Positions 40,593 to 53,071 of a stretch of 64,000 nt of DNA are shown here, piece by piece. Every line of letters starts with the position of its first letter. Within the stretch, counting starts at the first letter, position 1. The translations under genes and the position numbers were made by a program. Source of the stretch: Octopus sinensis (Eukaryota); contig NC_043012.1 in NCBI RefSeq assembly GCF_006345805.1, positions 6,014,001 to 6,078,000 of the forward strand, written 5' to 3'. The notes under the pieces were generated by a model. It did no database searches and was not told the DNA's origin. It saw only the letters and a program-made list of their open reading frames with translations.

Positions 40593-41610
40593 TGTGTATG
40601 CCATCATCATCAATGTTTTAACACCCACTTGCCCATGCTTGCATGGGTTAGACAGCATACATTGAAGCAGATTTTCTCTATGTGTGTGTGTGTGTTTCCT
40701 TGACATCAAATGATAGCTGTTAATGAGTGTCACCATCATAGAAGTGATATCATTCATTTCCAGTCTTCTGCAAAAATATGTCTGGCCATGGAGAGATATT
40801 ACTTACTTGGAAACAGATGAGAGTTGGCAGCAGGAAGGGCATCTGGTCATAGAAAATTTGCTTCAGTAAACTTCATCTGACCAATGAAAGTATAAAAGTA
40901 GACATTAAAATAATGATGATGATGATGAGGTGGTGGTGGTGGTGGTGGTAGTTTTTGTTATTGTTGTTTTCTTAATCCATCAATATTTCAAAACCTTCTT
41001 GGTCTCATCCTCTGAATGAAGGAGAGTTGTATTTGTGTGCTGTTTGTGCACTTTGTAGTAAGCTGCAAATGATCATAGAAATAGTGTTACAACTGATAAA
41101 ACTGACAACACAAGCTTTTATATAACCATTAACTTCTGGTATATTTCATTGTTCAATTTATGTCTATCATATTTGTGCGTTGAATTTTGGTTTTTATTTT
41201 ACTCTTAATTTTCTGTGGTTGTTCTAGTTTTATTATGGAATTGTCTGTAGGATGGTTGTGCTGCCAACTAATGTTTTTCTATCCAGTTTTTATTTTGTGG
41301 TTTGTATGGTATTGTGCTGCAACAGCTCTAAGACACCTTGCTTTGAATGTAGAGTCAAACAACAAGAACTTGTTATACATATGTGTCTGGTATAAATGTC
41401 TGGATCATAAATGATGGACTCTTGTGTCAATGACAATGTATGAGCGTTCAGCATTTGCTGAATGATCTGCACAAATGATTTTTTTTATAGTGACCAAATG
41501 TTCATGTTTCACATTAGCTCATTCTCTCCATCAAATGCACGTTGTTTGAACAAGTGTATTGTGTACCATGTGTCAGATGTCAAAGTAATTGCAGAGCAAT
41601 GTGAAATGAA

Positions 41611-42175
41611 GTGGAGGCGCGTGACTTAGTGGTTAGGGTTTCAGCATCATGATCGTAAGATTGTGGTTTCGATTCCTGGACTGGGCGACGCGTTGTGTTC
41701 TTGAGCAAAACACTTCATTTCATGTTGCTCCAGTCCACTCAGTTGGCAAAAATGAGTAACGCTGTGATGGTCTGGCATCCCATCCAGCTGGGGAACACAT
41801 ATGCCATTGAAAATGGGAAACTGGGCCCATGAGCCTGGCTAGGCTTTAAAAAGGCATATTTAGTGGATGCGCAATGGCCCAGTGGTTAGGTCAGTGGACT
41901 CGCGGTCGGAGGATCACGGTTTCGATTCCAGACTGGCCATTGTGTGTGTTTATTGAACAAAAACACCTAAAGCTCCATGAGGCTCCGGCAGGGGGTAGTG
42001 GTGACCCATTGTACTCTTTCGCCCAACTTTCTCTCACTCTCTCTTCCTGTTTTTTGAGTAACGTTGTGATGGACTGGTGTCCTGTACAGCTCAGCTGGGG
42101 GGAACACATATGCCACAGAAACCGGGAAACTGGGCCCATGAACCTGGTTAGGCTTGAAAAGGACGCGAAAAAAAA
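41611..42175 (+). mobile_element. Tandem pair of tRNA SINEs inserted in a minus-strand SINE
   Basis: Heads at 41611 and 41863; TSD gtgaaatgaa at 41601-41610 and 42176-42185; host head ends at 42288. Confidence 0.8.
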
Positions 42176-42567
42176 GTGAAATGAAGTGTTTTGCTCAAGA
42201 ACACAATGCAGCAACTGGTCCAAGAATTGAAATCACAATCACTAGATCGCGAGTGCAACGCCTTAACTACTAGGCCATGCACCCTCACTGACCATATTTA
42301 TGCTTTCTAAAGAAATTTTCACCACAAGGTCCAGTCTTGTGGTGACTGTAACAGCTACATCTGTTACAGTCACATCTAATATTGCACTGCATTGTTACCA
42401 TCTTGATAGGATTGAGTACTACACTTGTTTCAGTCACACCAAATACTGTCCCGTAGCCAACTTGACAGGACTAATAGCTATATACCTGTGATTGTCATAC
42501 CTGAAACTATCGTCTATTCTCAAATACAACAGCTGTTATATACTACTGTATTTGATGTGCGTGTAAT

Positions 42568-43245
42568 ACTCGTCATCATTTAACATCTGTTTTCCATACT
42601 GGCATGGATGGGTTGGACAATTTGATAGGAGCTGGCAAGCTGGAGAGCTACACCAAGTTCCATTTGTCTGTTTTGGTATGGTTTCTATGGTTGGATATCC
42701 TAACTCCAACCAGTTTTTTACAGAGTGTACTGGGTGCTTTTTATGTGACAGCAGCACAGGTGTTTTTGCATGGCACCAACACAGGTGCTTTCTATGTGGT
42801 ACTAGCACTGGTGCTTTTTACATGGTACTGGCACAAGTGCTTTTATGTGGTACCCGTGGAGTCACCAAGTATCTTGCAAAACAAAGAGCCCTTAGCTGTG
42901 AGAGGGAGTGCACGATTTTAGCTTATGTCTCTTCTCAAACACAACAAATTGCTAGAGATCTTGGTCCTTTATCATCCTCGCTGTGAAGTACAGCTTCTGA
43001 AGATCATTTCTCACCAATTCTTCCTACATCTTCCTAGGTCTACTCCTTCTACAGGTTCTCTCTACAGTTAGATATTGGCACATCTTTATGCAGCTGTCCT
43101 CATTCATACACATCACATGACCACACCAGCACAGTCTTCTCTCTTTCACACTTACATCTAATGCTTCTTATTCCCAGTTTTTCTCTTAAATCATTTACAC
43201 TCTGTTGTACCTGAACCCTGATATTACCTGTCCAGCAGAGCATTG
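42568..43245 (-). mobile_element. Decayed 5'-truncated RTEX-type LINE
   Basis: Minus-strand remnants LREKLGIRSI...RRLCWCGHVMCMNEDSCIK...RSRPRK, continuous with the family 3' UTR and tail. Confidence 0.75.
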
Positions 43246-43478
43246 CTTTTCAAACAAAAAAAAAAAACCCAAAACGACAAAAAACAAAAAAGTTTTTAAA
43301 ATGACACCAGACATCAGTCTGTTTCACCAGACGCTGGGTCTATATTACATGCTTTAAAATCTTTTCCTGGATAAGCGCCACTGAAATTGAGGTGTGTCAA
43401 ATATGTTTGTCTTTTATGCCATCAAATTCAGTAGGTTTACTCATTACTAACATAATATCTGTGTTAGCTACATCTGTT

Positions 43479-43795
43479 CATAGGCTCAGGAACAGGAGGT
43501 GCAGTGGGGTGCAAACGCACTCACTAAAACTTTTTTGTGGGGTGCAAGCACACTCACTAACTTTTTTGTGGGGTGCAAGCGCACTCCCTAAAACTTTTTT
43601 GTGGGGTGCAAGTGCACTCACTAAAAAGTTTTTTGTGGGGTGCAAGCACACTCACTAAAAATGATTTTTGTTGGGTGTAAGTCACTAAAACATTTTTTGT
43701 GGTGGTGGTGGCAGGGGACAGGCAAGGAAAACCCTTTGATTATCCTAAAAAACTGGGCTTTCACCTCCTAAGCAAGTCTCGTTCCCATGCTTATG
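43479..43795. mobile_element. hAT-type MITE carrying a 31-35-bp minisatellite (about 6 units, 43504-43698)
   Basis: Perfect 8-bp TSD catctgtt (43471-43478 and 43796-43803); TIRs cataggctcaggaac / gttcccatgcttatg. Confidence 0.85.
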
Positions 43796-45889
43796 CATCT
43801 GTTGCAGTCACAACAGATACAACAATGTTCGTACTCTCTCCTACACCAGCTGTTATACAGGTCTCACCTGTACCAACCAACTAACCAGCCAGCCAGCCAA
43901 CCAGCCAACCAGCGACTGATAACTACACCTGTTATAGTTACACAAGACATTGGACTGTCATCTAACAAGGCTTTTGTTTTTTTACACATCAACTATTTCA
44001 AGAATGTTTTCAAAAAGCCAAAGTAAGAAAAAAAAAAAAGTTGTCACAACTTGTTACAACAGGTTCTAACGAACTAGACTTTTCTTTTCCACCTGTTGTT
44101 TTTCTTGTTATTGTTGTTGTAATTGTTTGGATAGTTGAGATGAGTCAGTTGGCGCCTCTCACTTGCAATGTCTTCTCTTCATGTTTCAAAAAGAAATAAA
44201 AAGAAAATGAGAAAGAAAAAAATTTAAAAAAGAAAATCTACTGAAACCAAGTTCTGTGTTTAAAGTATTTAGACACAGTTGCAGGAATGGCTGTGTGGTT
44301 AAAGACACTCGCTTTGCAATAAAGTGACTCCAGGTTCAGTCCTACTGCGCAGCACCTTTAGCAAGTGTTTGTTTTTTCTGTAGCTCCAGACTTGCTTCCA
44401 TCATGTGAGTGAATATGATAGAAAGAAATAGCATGGAAGCCCATCATATACCTACACACACACACACACACGCACGCATGCACACACGCACACACACACA
44501 CACACATGCACACACACACACACAGATGGATGTATATCGGTACATGTGTGTCTGTGTTTGTCACCCCATCATCACTTGACAACTGGTGTTGGTTTGTTTA
44601 TGTCTCCATAACTTAACAGTTCAGCATAGGTGATTGATAAAATAAGTGTCAGATGGGGGTCAATTTGTTCTACTGAACCCTTCAAGGCAGTGTTCCAGCA
44701 TGGCCACAATCTAATAACTGAAACTTATAAAAGATAAAAGAAGGCCATTTAACCCCAGGTCAGCTCTGATCAAGCCAGCTTATGATCTAAACTGTTTCAG
44801 CTGTGATTTCTTGTTATTTTGTTTCTCCAGACATTGTGTATCTACGACTACATCATAGCAATGTGTCAATCCCTTTTTTTTTAAACCGCAGTTATAAAAA
44901 CTGAGTGAGATTTGGTCACTATTTCGTGGATGGCAGATATAATTAGTGACCTAGTTTAAAACTGCTACCGGGCAGTTTAGGTGCTTTTAGTGGAGAAATA
45001 GAGGAATTGACCCCAGTACATGACTGGTACTTCAATGACATCCCCTTTAAAAGGATGAAAGGCAAAGATGACCTTGGCAGGATTTGAACTCAGAGTGCAG
45101 GAAACTGGGTTAATTACCACAAAGCAATTGATCTGACCCTTTAACAACTCTATGAATTTGCTGTCAATATATGTATATATATGTGTGTGTGTGTATATAT
45201 ATGTATATATATGTATTTGTGGGTGTGCATACATGTATGTGTTTGTGTGTGCATATATGTGTGTGTCAGTGTATATGTGTGTGTGTGTTTATATATATGT
45301 GTGTGTGTGTTTATATATATGTGTGTGTGTGTGTGTTATTTGTTTTTATTTACTTATTTCAAAAAGTTATTTTTGAAAAGCTGTACGCATGAGTAAACAC
45401 GGGTTATGTCTAAATCAGTGTTACCTCCCACACTACTCTTCCTCTCCCATCAACTACCTTTACCACCATCAGAACCACCACCACTACCACCACCACTACC
45501 ACAGTAGTTACGATTCTACATTTACAACTTCAATCATGATTGCGACTGTTGGTGTCAATGATGACGCCACCATCACTATATATACATACATACATACATG
45601 CATACATATATATATATACATATATATATATATGTGTATATATATAGTAAAGACTATCCTAGCAAACCAGAAAGGTATCTTTTATATGGTTGCTTGGCAT
45701 GCTAAAAATAACAGTGAAATTTCTCAAATACCTTCGGGAGAATGTGGAAGATATTACATCATGTAGTTGCTGATATACAAACGAATGGGATGGTCATGAC
45801 TGGAATTTCTTTGGTCATAGGCCTGACCAGGTGCTAAACAACAACAACAAAAACAACCACTACACAACCTTTGCTGCCAAGATGACGAC

Positions 45890-46065
45890 GACCACCACCA
45901 CCACTACCACCACCACCACCACCATCATCACAATCACCACTGACATAACCACCACTACCACCACCACCATTGTCACCATTCTCCACCACCATCACCACCA
46001 CTGCCGCCACCGCCACCACCACCACCACCACCACCATTGTCACCTCCACCATCACCACTACCATG
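45890..46065. repeat. (CAC/ACC)n trinucleotide low-complexity tract
   Basis: Seen directly. Confidence 0.9.
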
Positions 46066-46372
46066 GCAGGTTAGCTGGTTATTCTATCTGATTGGTTGTG
46101 TGGTTAGGTTGGCTGGTATTACCTACGAACACACACACACACTACTTCACCCTTCCTTGCTCATATGAATGTTCGACAACAAAGTATTTGTCCCATTTAA
46201 TTAATCAAGTCTATCATTCACAGATTCCATCTCTCTCTCTCTCTCTCCTTCTCTCTCTTTCTCTCATTTGAATATTTGTCTTTTCTTGTTCTTCCTCTTC
46301 TCTTTTCTCTATAGCTGTGGTTGCCAACCTTTTTTTTTGCATCACAGACCTGCTTCAAACAAAATAATTTTT

Positions 46373-46447
<75 letters not shown>

Positions 46448-47629
46448 AAAGTGCATAATATATAATCTGATTATTACATATGTAATACATATCCATTAGA
46501 GAAGGTACGTAGCCCAGTGGTTAGGGTGTTGCACTCATAATTGCTAGACCATGGTTTCAATTCCAGGACTGGTTAGTGTGTTGTGTTCTTGAGCAAAACA
46601 TTTCATTTCACATTGTAAGGTGGTTGGTGTTAGGAAGGGCATCCAGCCATAAAAACCCTGCCAAAACAGACAGTGAAGCCTGGCACAGTCTTCTGGCTTG
46701 CCAGCCCTTATCAAACTGTCCAACCCGTGCCAGCATGGAAGACGGACACTAAATGATGATAATGATGATGATGATAATGATTTTTCTGTGGATGGGAGGG
46801 TGGCAGAATCGTTGGCTTGTTGCCAGAGATGCTTTATGGTATATCTTCCTGCTCTCTACATTCAGAGTTCAAATCCCTGGAGAAGGCATTGGAAAACCTG
46901 CTTGGAGAAGGCAATGGGAAACCATTCCAGTATTCACCCCAAAGTCTAGTCATGGTAGATGAAGTTCCAGTAATCTACTCAATGGTGGCAGAGGAAGACA
47001 CAGGGCCCCACCCCAGTGTGTATAGAGAGTGCTGGAGAAGGTTTATATGCGCAGGATCTACCCATGGGCAGACCACCGCTAGATATATTACAAATATAAT
47101 TCAAAAATATGCTGCAGACTGTGGTATTCAATAAAATTTTAAAATTTATTCTTTCTGTGTGTGTTGGCATCAAATGATCCATTGTCTGACGGTCAAGGGC
47201 TCCTGTTTTATAGGGGACCCCGACCACTGGCCAATTTTCTAATAATGGGACAAACAAAACCTGAGGGTGGTGGCTGTGGGAAGGGAGGGAGAATATAGTG
47301 AATTTAATCTCTGCCCCCAAGATATGACTTGTACTTTGTTTTGTCAACCTTCTTCCCCAGACAGCAGCATAGCAAAAGGGGCTAAGTGGGGTTCAGTTAC
47401 CTGAGTGAAGTAGAAGTTGTGAAGGTGCACAAAGTTTCTTTGGAGGTTCCAGATCCTTACGTGCAGGCATGGATGTGTGGTTGAGAAACTTGCTTTGTAA
47501 CCACATGGTTTTGAGTTCACGCCCACTGTGTAGCAATTTGGGTAAGTGTTCTTTTACTATAGCCCTGAGCCAAGCCAACCATAGCCTTGTGAATGAATTT
47601 ATTAAATGAAAACTGTGTAGAAGCTTGTC

Positions 47630-47673
<44 letters not shown>

Positions 47674-47771
47674 AAAGTTAATCCAAACAAAAAAGCATAA
47701 AAAAACACAACGCGAGGACGTGGAACAAATATAGTATTATTGGACGCTCAGGAAAGAAGGAAAGAAGGAGG

Positions 47772-47806
47772 GTTTAACGTTTTGAGTGGAGCTCTTCGTC
47801 GGAAAC
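47772..47806 (-). ncRNA. Degenerate hammerhead motif
   Basis: GUUU-CCGACGA-A-GAGC-UCC-ACUC-AAA-ACGU-U-AAAC; helix I and the ACGU palindrome are kept, core positions U4 and G12 are mutated. Confidence 0.5.
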
Positions 47807-48120
47807 ATAGGAGAAGGAAAGATCCAGAGAAGGGAAGACAGAGGAAAAAAATTGCCAACGGTACACACGCGGTCACATTTTATATATATATATAAATGAC
47901 TGAGACAAGCACTAAGCTAAAAGATAGAAGATAGGTACAGGTATGACTGTGAGGTAAGAAGCTTGCTTCCCAACCACATGGTTTCAGGTTCAGTCCCACT
48001 GCAAGGCACCTTGGGCAAATGTCTTCTACTATAGCCTCAAGCTGACCAAAGTCTTGTGAGTGGATTTGGCAGATGGAAACTGAAAGAATCCTGTTGTATA
48101 TGTGTGTGTGTGTGTGTGTA

Positions 48121-48151
<31 letters not shown>

Positions 48152-48159
48152 GTTGTATG

Positions 48160-48193
<34 letters not shown>

Positions 48194-48282
48194 GGAGGCA
48201 ATTCACAAAAAAACAAAAGACAAAGACAGGTGGTGTAGACAACAAACAGATGTAATAGTTTAACACTCGGGAAGTGAAAAAA

Positions 48283-48321
48283 GTCTTTAATGTTTTGAGC
48301 CTAAGCTCTTCCACAGAAAAG
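48283..48321 (-). ncRNA. Degenerate hammerhead motif (same family as 58590)
   Basis: CUUUU-CUGUGGA-A-GAGC-UUAG-GCUC-AAA-ACAU-U-AAAG. Confidence 0.45.
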
Positions 48322-48864
48322 AACACAGAAAGAAACAAGGATAGAAAATAAAGAATGTGTAGTGGCTAGTGATCTATATATATATATATATCTGTGTGTG
48401 TGTGTTTGTCCCCACTATTGCTTGACAACTGGTGCTTTTTTTGTTTACATCCCCATGACTTAGCTGTTTGGCAAAAAGAAACTGATAGAATAAGTATTTG
48501 GCTTAACGAAATATAAGTACTGGTGGTGGTGGTGGGGGCGATCAATTTGGCTAAAAATTCTTCAAGGCGGTGCTCCAGCTTAGCCACAGTAAATGCCTGA
48601 AACAAGTAAAAGAGAAAATACAAGAACGCTAAAAATATACAGATTCAAAAGGTGTGACGTAGTGAGAAAGTGTGAGGTAGGATATTGTGGCTTTATTTTA
48701 AGCTTATGGAAGGTGGTAATTAATTCTTTGTTATTATCATTAATGAGTCACGAAACTAACTCTTAATTTCTTACTTAGGCACAAGGCCAGAAAATTAGGA
48801 AGAGGATAATACAGTTTAAGAGATGAGGAATTATGTACATTATTTACATTATTTACATTATTTG

Positions 48865-49019
48865 CATTTGATGGATTTTTCTTCATCTTGTTTGTTGTTA
48901 ACACAATGTTTCGGCTGATATACCCTCCAGCCTTCATCATATGCTCATGGGCATATGGCGTAGTGGTTAAGAGTGCAAGCTACTAACCCCAAGATTCTGA
49001 GCTCGATTCCAGGCAGTGA

Positions 49020-49061
<42 letters not shown>

Positions 49062-49192
49062 CAACATCAAAAAATACCTTAGGAATGAGAACCCATGTTC
49101 GAAATTTCCCCCAAGACACCTGATGGCGGTTGGAGGGTATATCAGCTGAAACCTTAACAACAAACAAGATGAGGACAAATATCCATCAAATG
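48865..49192. mobile_element. Inverted pair of Penelope-like pseudo-LTR fragments with decayed hammerhead cores
   Basis: 48865-48939 is complementary to 49121-49192; combined consensus GACAC-CUGAUGA-A-GGCUG..CAGCC-GAAAC..U-GUGUU. Confidence 0.6.
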
Positions 49193-51897
49193 GATATAAG
49201 GGTGGTGAACTGGCAGACATGTTAGCACACCGGGCAAAATGCTTAGTGGTATTTTGTCTGGCGTTTAGTTCTGAGTTCAAACTCCACCGAGGTCGACTTT
49301 GCCATTCATCCTTTTGGGCTCGATTAAGTACCAGTTATGCACTGGGGTCGATGTAATCGACTTAATCCCTTTGTCTGTCCTTGTTTATCCCCTCTGTGTT
49401 TAGCCCCCTGTGGATAATAAAGAAATAAATATCTATCAAATGTAAATAATGTAAATAATGTATTAGGAAGACACCGTAACTTATTCTTTTGACCCAGAAA
49501 GGAAGAAAGGTGAAGACGACTTTGGCTGAATGTTGGTTTAACGAGTCTAGGACATTTAGCCCCAACCCGGACAATACCCCCCCCCCCCAAAGACAATTAC
49601 CCCTGAGGACAACAGATGATTTAAAACTTCTTAATATATTGGAGAGGGGGTAATTAACCAAAAGGGGTAATTGACCTAGGGGGTAGTTGTTGTTGTGTGA
49701 GTGTGTGTGTGTGTGTGTGGGGGGGGGGTAATTGTCCTATGGTGGGGAAGGAAATGGTCTGCGGTGAGGGTAATTGTCCTGATACAGGTTTAACACTTGA
49801 AGTCAAATCAGGTCCAGCAGACCTGTGATCAAAAGCATTCTAGCTATGGCCATCCTGTCTTTTTAAGACATCACTGTGTAATTTGAGTCAGATTTGGCTG
49901 CTATTTCTAACAAGTTGAGTGATGTCTTAGAACAATCATGGACAAACTGGAGCCTGTTAGACTTTCTGAGAGGCACACCTTACAAAAAAAGTTACCTTTA
50001 ATAATCTTAGTAGTTCAAGGTGGCAAGCTGGCAGAAACGTTAGCACACCGGGCGAAATGCTTAGCAGTATTTCACCTGTCTTTACTTTCTGAGTTCAAAT
50101 GCTGCCGAGGTCAACTTTGCCTTTCATCCTTTCACGGTCGATAAATTAAGTACCTGTTGCTTACTAGGGTTGATCTAATTGACTGGACTCCTCCCCAAAA
50201 GTTTTGGGACTTGTGCCTAGAGTAGAAAAGAATATTCTTAGTAGTTCAGCTTGCGAGTACTGGTATGGCTGTGTGGTAGAGACAATAGCTTCACAGCCAT
50301 GTGGCTCCAAGTTCAAGCCTAATGCTTGTTATCTTGTGGGAGAAGGTGCATAGCTTAGTGGTTAGGGTATTTGATTTATGACTGAAATTTCATGAGTTCA
50401 ATTCCTGGTAGCGTGTTGTGTCCTTAAGTAAGATACTTTATTTCTTGTTGCTTCAATCCAGTCAGCTGGCAAAAATGAGTAGTACTTGTAATATCAAGGG
50501 CCAGCTTTGTCACACTCTATGTCATGCTGAGTCTCTCTGAGACCTATATTAAAGGTATACATGTCTGTGGAGTGCTCAGCTACTTGCATGTTAATTCCGT
50601 GAAGAACAGGCTCATTAATTGAACCCTTGTTGTCATAATTGATGGAGAGCCAGGCTAGTGCAGCTAGTGTTCAAACTTGGCACTTCTCTGGCAACTGATG
50701 TGGCTAAACTGGTGCCAAACACACTTGTCTGCATGCCTTTGTACTACACTGGTCAGGCTGAAAGTACAGATTCTGGCATTTGCACAACCTAAGGTCTCCA
50801 GACATCAAGCCTAAGCAGTTTGCACTTTGGAGTGGTCACTTTAGTGCCATTGCGAACAGTAGCAGTAACAGTATGGTCTGGTCAACCAGGATTAAGGCTG
50901 GAACATCTTTGATCATAGGTCTACTCAGTCTAAAAATATAACCATTTAGATTTAAGTGTGAGATGACAGATTTGTAAGGCAATGGGTAAGGTAATTGATT
51001 GACTTGACCCCAGTACATGACTGGTACTTATTTCACCAATTAACTTCTTCCATTTCAGAGAAATGAATTGTAAAGTTGCCTTTGGTGGAGTTTGAACTTA
51101 AAACACCAACTGCAAATAAGTAAATACAAAGGTAAGTTTAATTGCTATATTTACTCCAATTTGAACCTTTTCGCCTATGCTTGTTATAATACTTATGTAG
51201 AATTGATATCAATGGAGATCACAGTTTTATTAATTATTAATTTACTTTTGTCATGCAAAGTGACCCTGATGGTGCTGGTGCCACATAAAAAGCACCGGTG
51301 ATGGTGCCACGTCAGAAAGCACCCAGTACACTCTGTAAAGTGGTTGGCATTAAGAAGGACATTCGGCTGTAGAAACCATGTCAAAGCCTTGTACAGCTCC
51401 TGGCCCTACCAGCTCCTTTCAAACCATCCAACCCATGCCAGCATGGAAAATGGACATCAAATGTTGATGATGATGATGGTGATAATGATGATGGTGATGA
51501 TGATGCTGCTGCTGATGATGATGATGAGTATAGAGAATGGGACATTCATTCAAATGTTGGCTGGAACCATTGATAAATTTCTCATGTGAAGACTTTGTAC
51601 TTTGTATTTAAAAGTAAAATATTATGCTTTGATCTTAGCCAAAATTCTGAAACTCATTAATTGTAAATGTGATAGCACATGCTGTTTGCTGAAAATAGAA
51701 GATAGGCCATAGTGGTATATAAACAGATAGATATTTGTGCTGTTAAAAATGACACCTTTTTTTTTTTTACTTATAACATTTTTTATTTGTTTTCTGAGTA
51801 GTTTAATAAAGGGAAGAAAAATTTAATTAAAAATAATGTTACATATTACAGAGATGTACTTGCATAGCAAGTGACTTGATCTAAGATCTTGTGCTGA

Positions 51898-52200
51898 AAC
51901 AAAAACAATTGCAGCATGGACAATATTTGTAAGCCATTTAAGAACACACAAAAACCATTAGCTTCACTTCAACATTTAAATTTAATTTGTGTCAAAATAT
52001 TTTTGTCTGTTTGAAACCACGACCTGTCCACTGACAAAACTTTGTGCTGCATTGAGGTTTTGTCAGTGAACAGGTTGCAGTTTCAAAGCGACAAAATATT
52101 TTGACACAAATTAAATGTAAATGTTGAAGTGAATCTAATGGTTTTTGTGTGTTGTTTTAAATGGCTTATAAACACCTTCCACACTGCAATTGTTTTTGTT
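51898..52200. mobile_element. Fold-back hairpin element (arms about 140 bp, loop about 16 nt)
   Basis: cactgacaaaac / gttttgtcagtg close the loop at 52041-52056; arms pair out to aacaaaaacaattgcag / ctgcaattgtttttgtt. Confidence 0.85.
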
Positions 52201-52662
52201 GATGTTACTCATCTTCCTTGCTATCATCATTTTATTAGCTATTTTTGCATGAGACAGAATATGTTGAGGCAGATTTTCTATGGCTGGATGCCTTTCTTGT
52301 CACCAATTCTTGCCTGCTTCCAAGCAAGCTAATATTTCCCCATGACCAGATATGATTTCTTAGAAGACTGCAAACAAACAACATTGCTTGTATGATGGTG
52401 ATGCTTATTTACGACTGTCACATGATGTCAAGATAGGGAAACAACCCCCTTCCCCACCTCACACATGTATATGCAATGGGCTTTAAGTTTCTGCCTACCA
52501 AATCTATCCACCAAGCAATGCTTGGCCTGGGACTATTGAAGAAGACACTTGCTCAAGATTCCATACAGAGGAAATGAACCTGGAATCATGTGGTTGAAAA
52601 ACACTTCTTAACCATTCAGCCATATCTGCAAACTATATTTCTAAAAAAGTATGACAATATTC

Positions 52663-53071
52663 TTTTACTCTTTTACTTGTTTCAGTCATTTGACTGCGGC
52701 CATGCTGGAGCACCACCTTTAGTCGAGCAAATCGACCCCAGGACTTATTCTTTGTAAGCCTAGTACTTATTCTATCGATCTCTTTTGCCAACCCACTAAG
52801 TTACGGGGACATAAACACACCACCATCGGTTGTCAAGCAATGCTAAGGGGACAAACACAGACACACAAACTCAAACACACACACATATATATATATACAT
52901 ATATACGACGGGCTTCTTTCAGTTTCCGTCTACCAAATCCACTCACAAGGCTTTGGTCGGCCCAAGGCTATAGTAGAAGACACTTGCCCAAGGTGCCACG
53001 CAGTGGGACTGAACCCAGAACCATGTGGTTGGTAAGCAAGCTAACTTACCACACAGCCACTCCTGCGCCTA
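52663..53071 (-). mobile_element. SINE family A, full length
   Basis: Matches 8795-9214. Confidence 0.85.

Noticed and set aside
43504-43698. CRISPR-like array
   Set aside because: Units are head-to-tail without unique spacers, lie inside a TSD-bounded MITE, and there are no cas genes; this is eukaryotic DNA.
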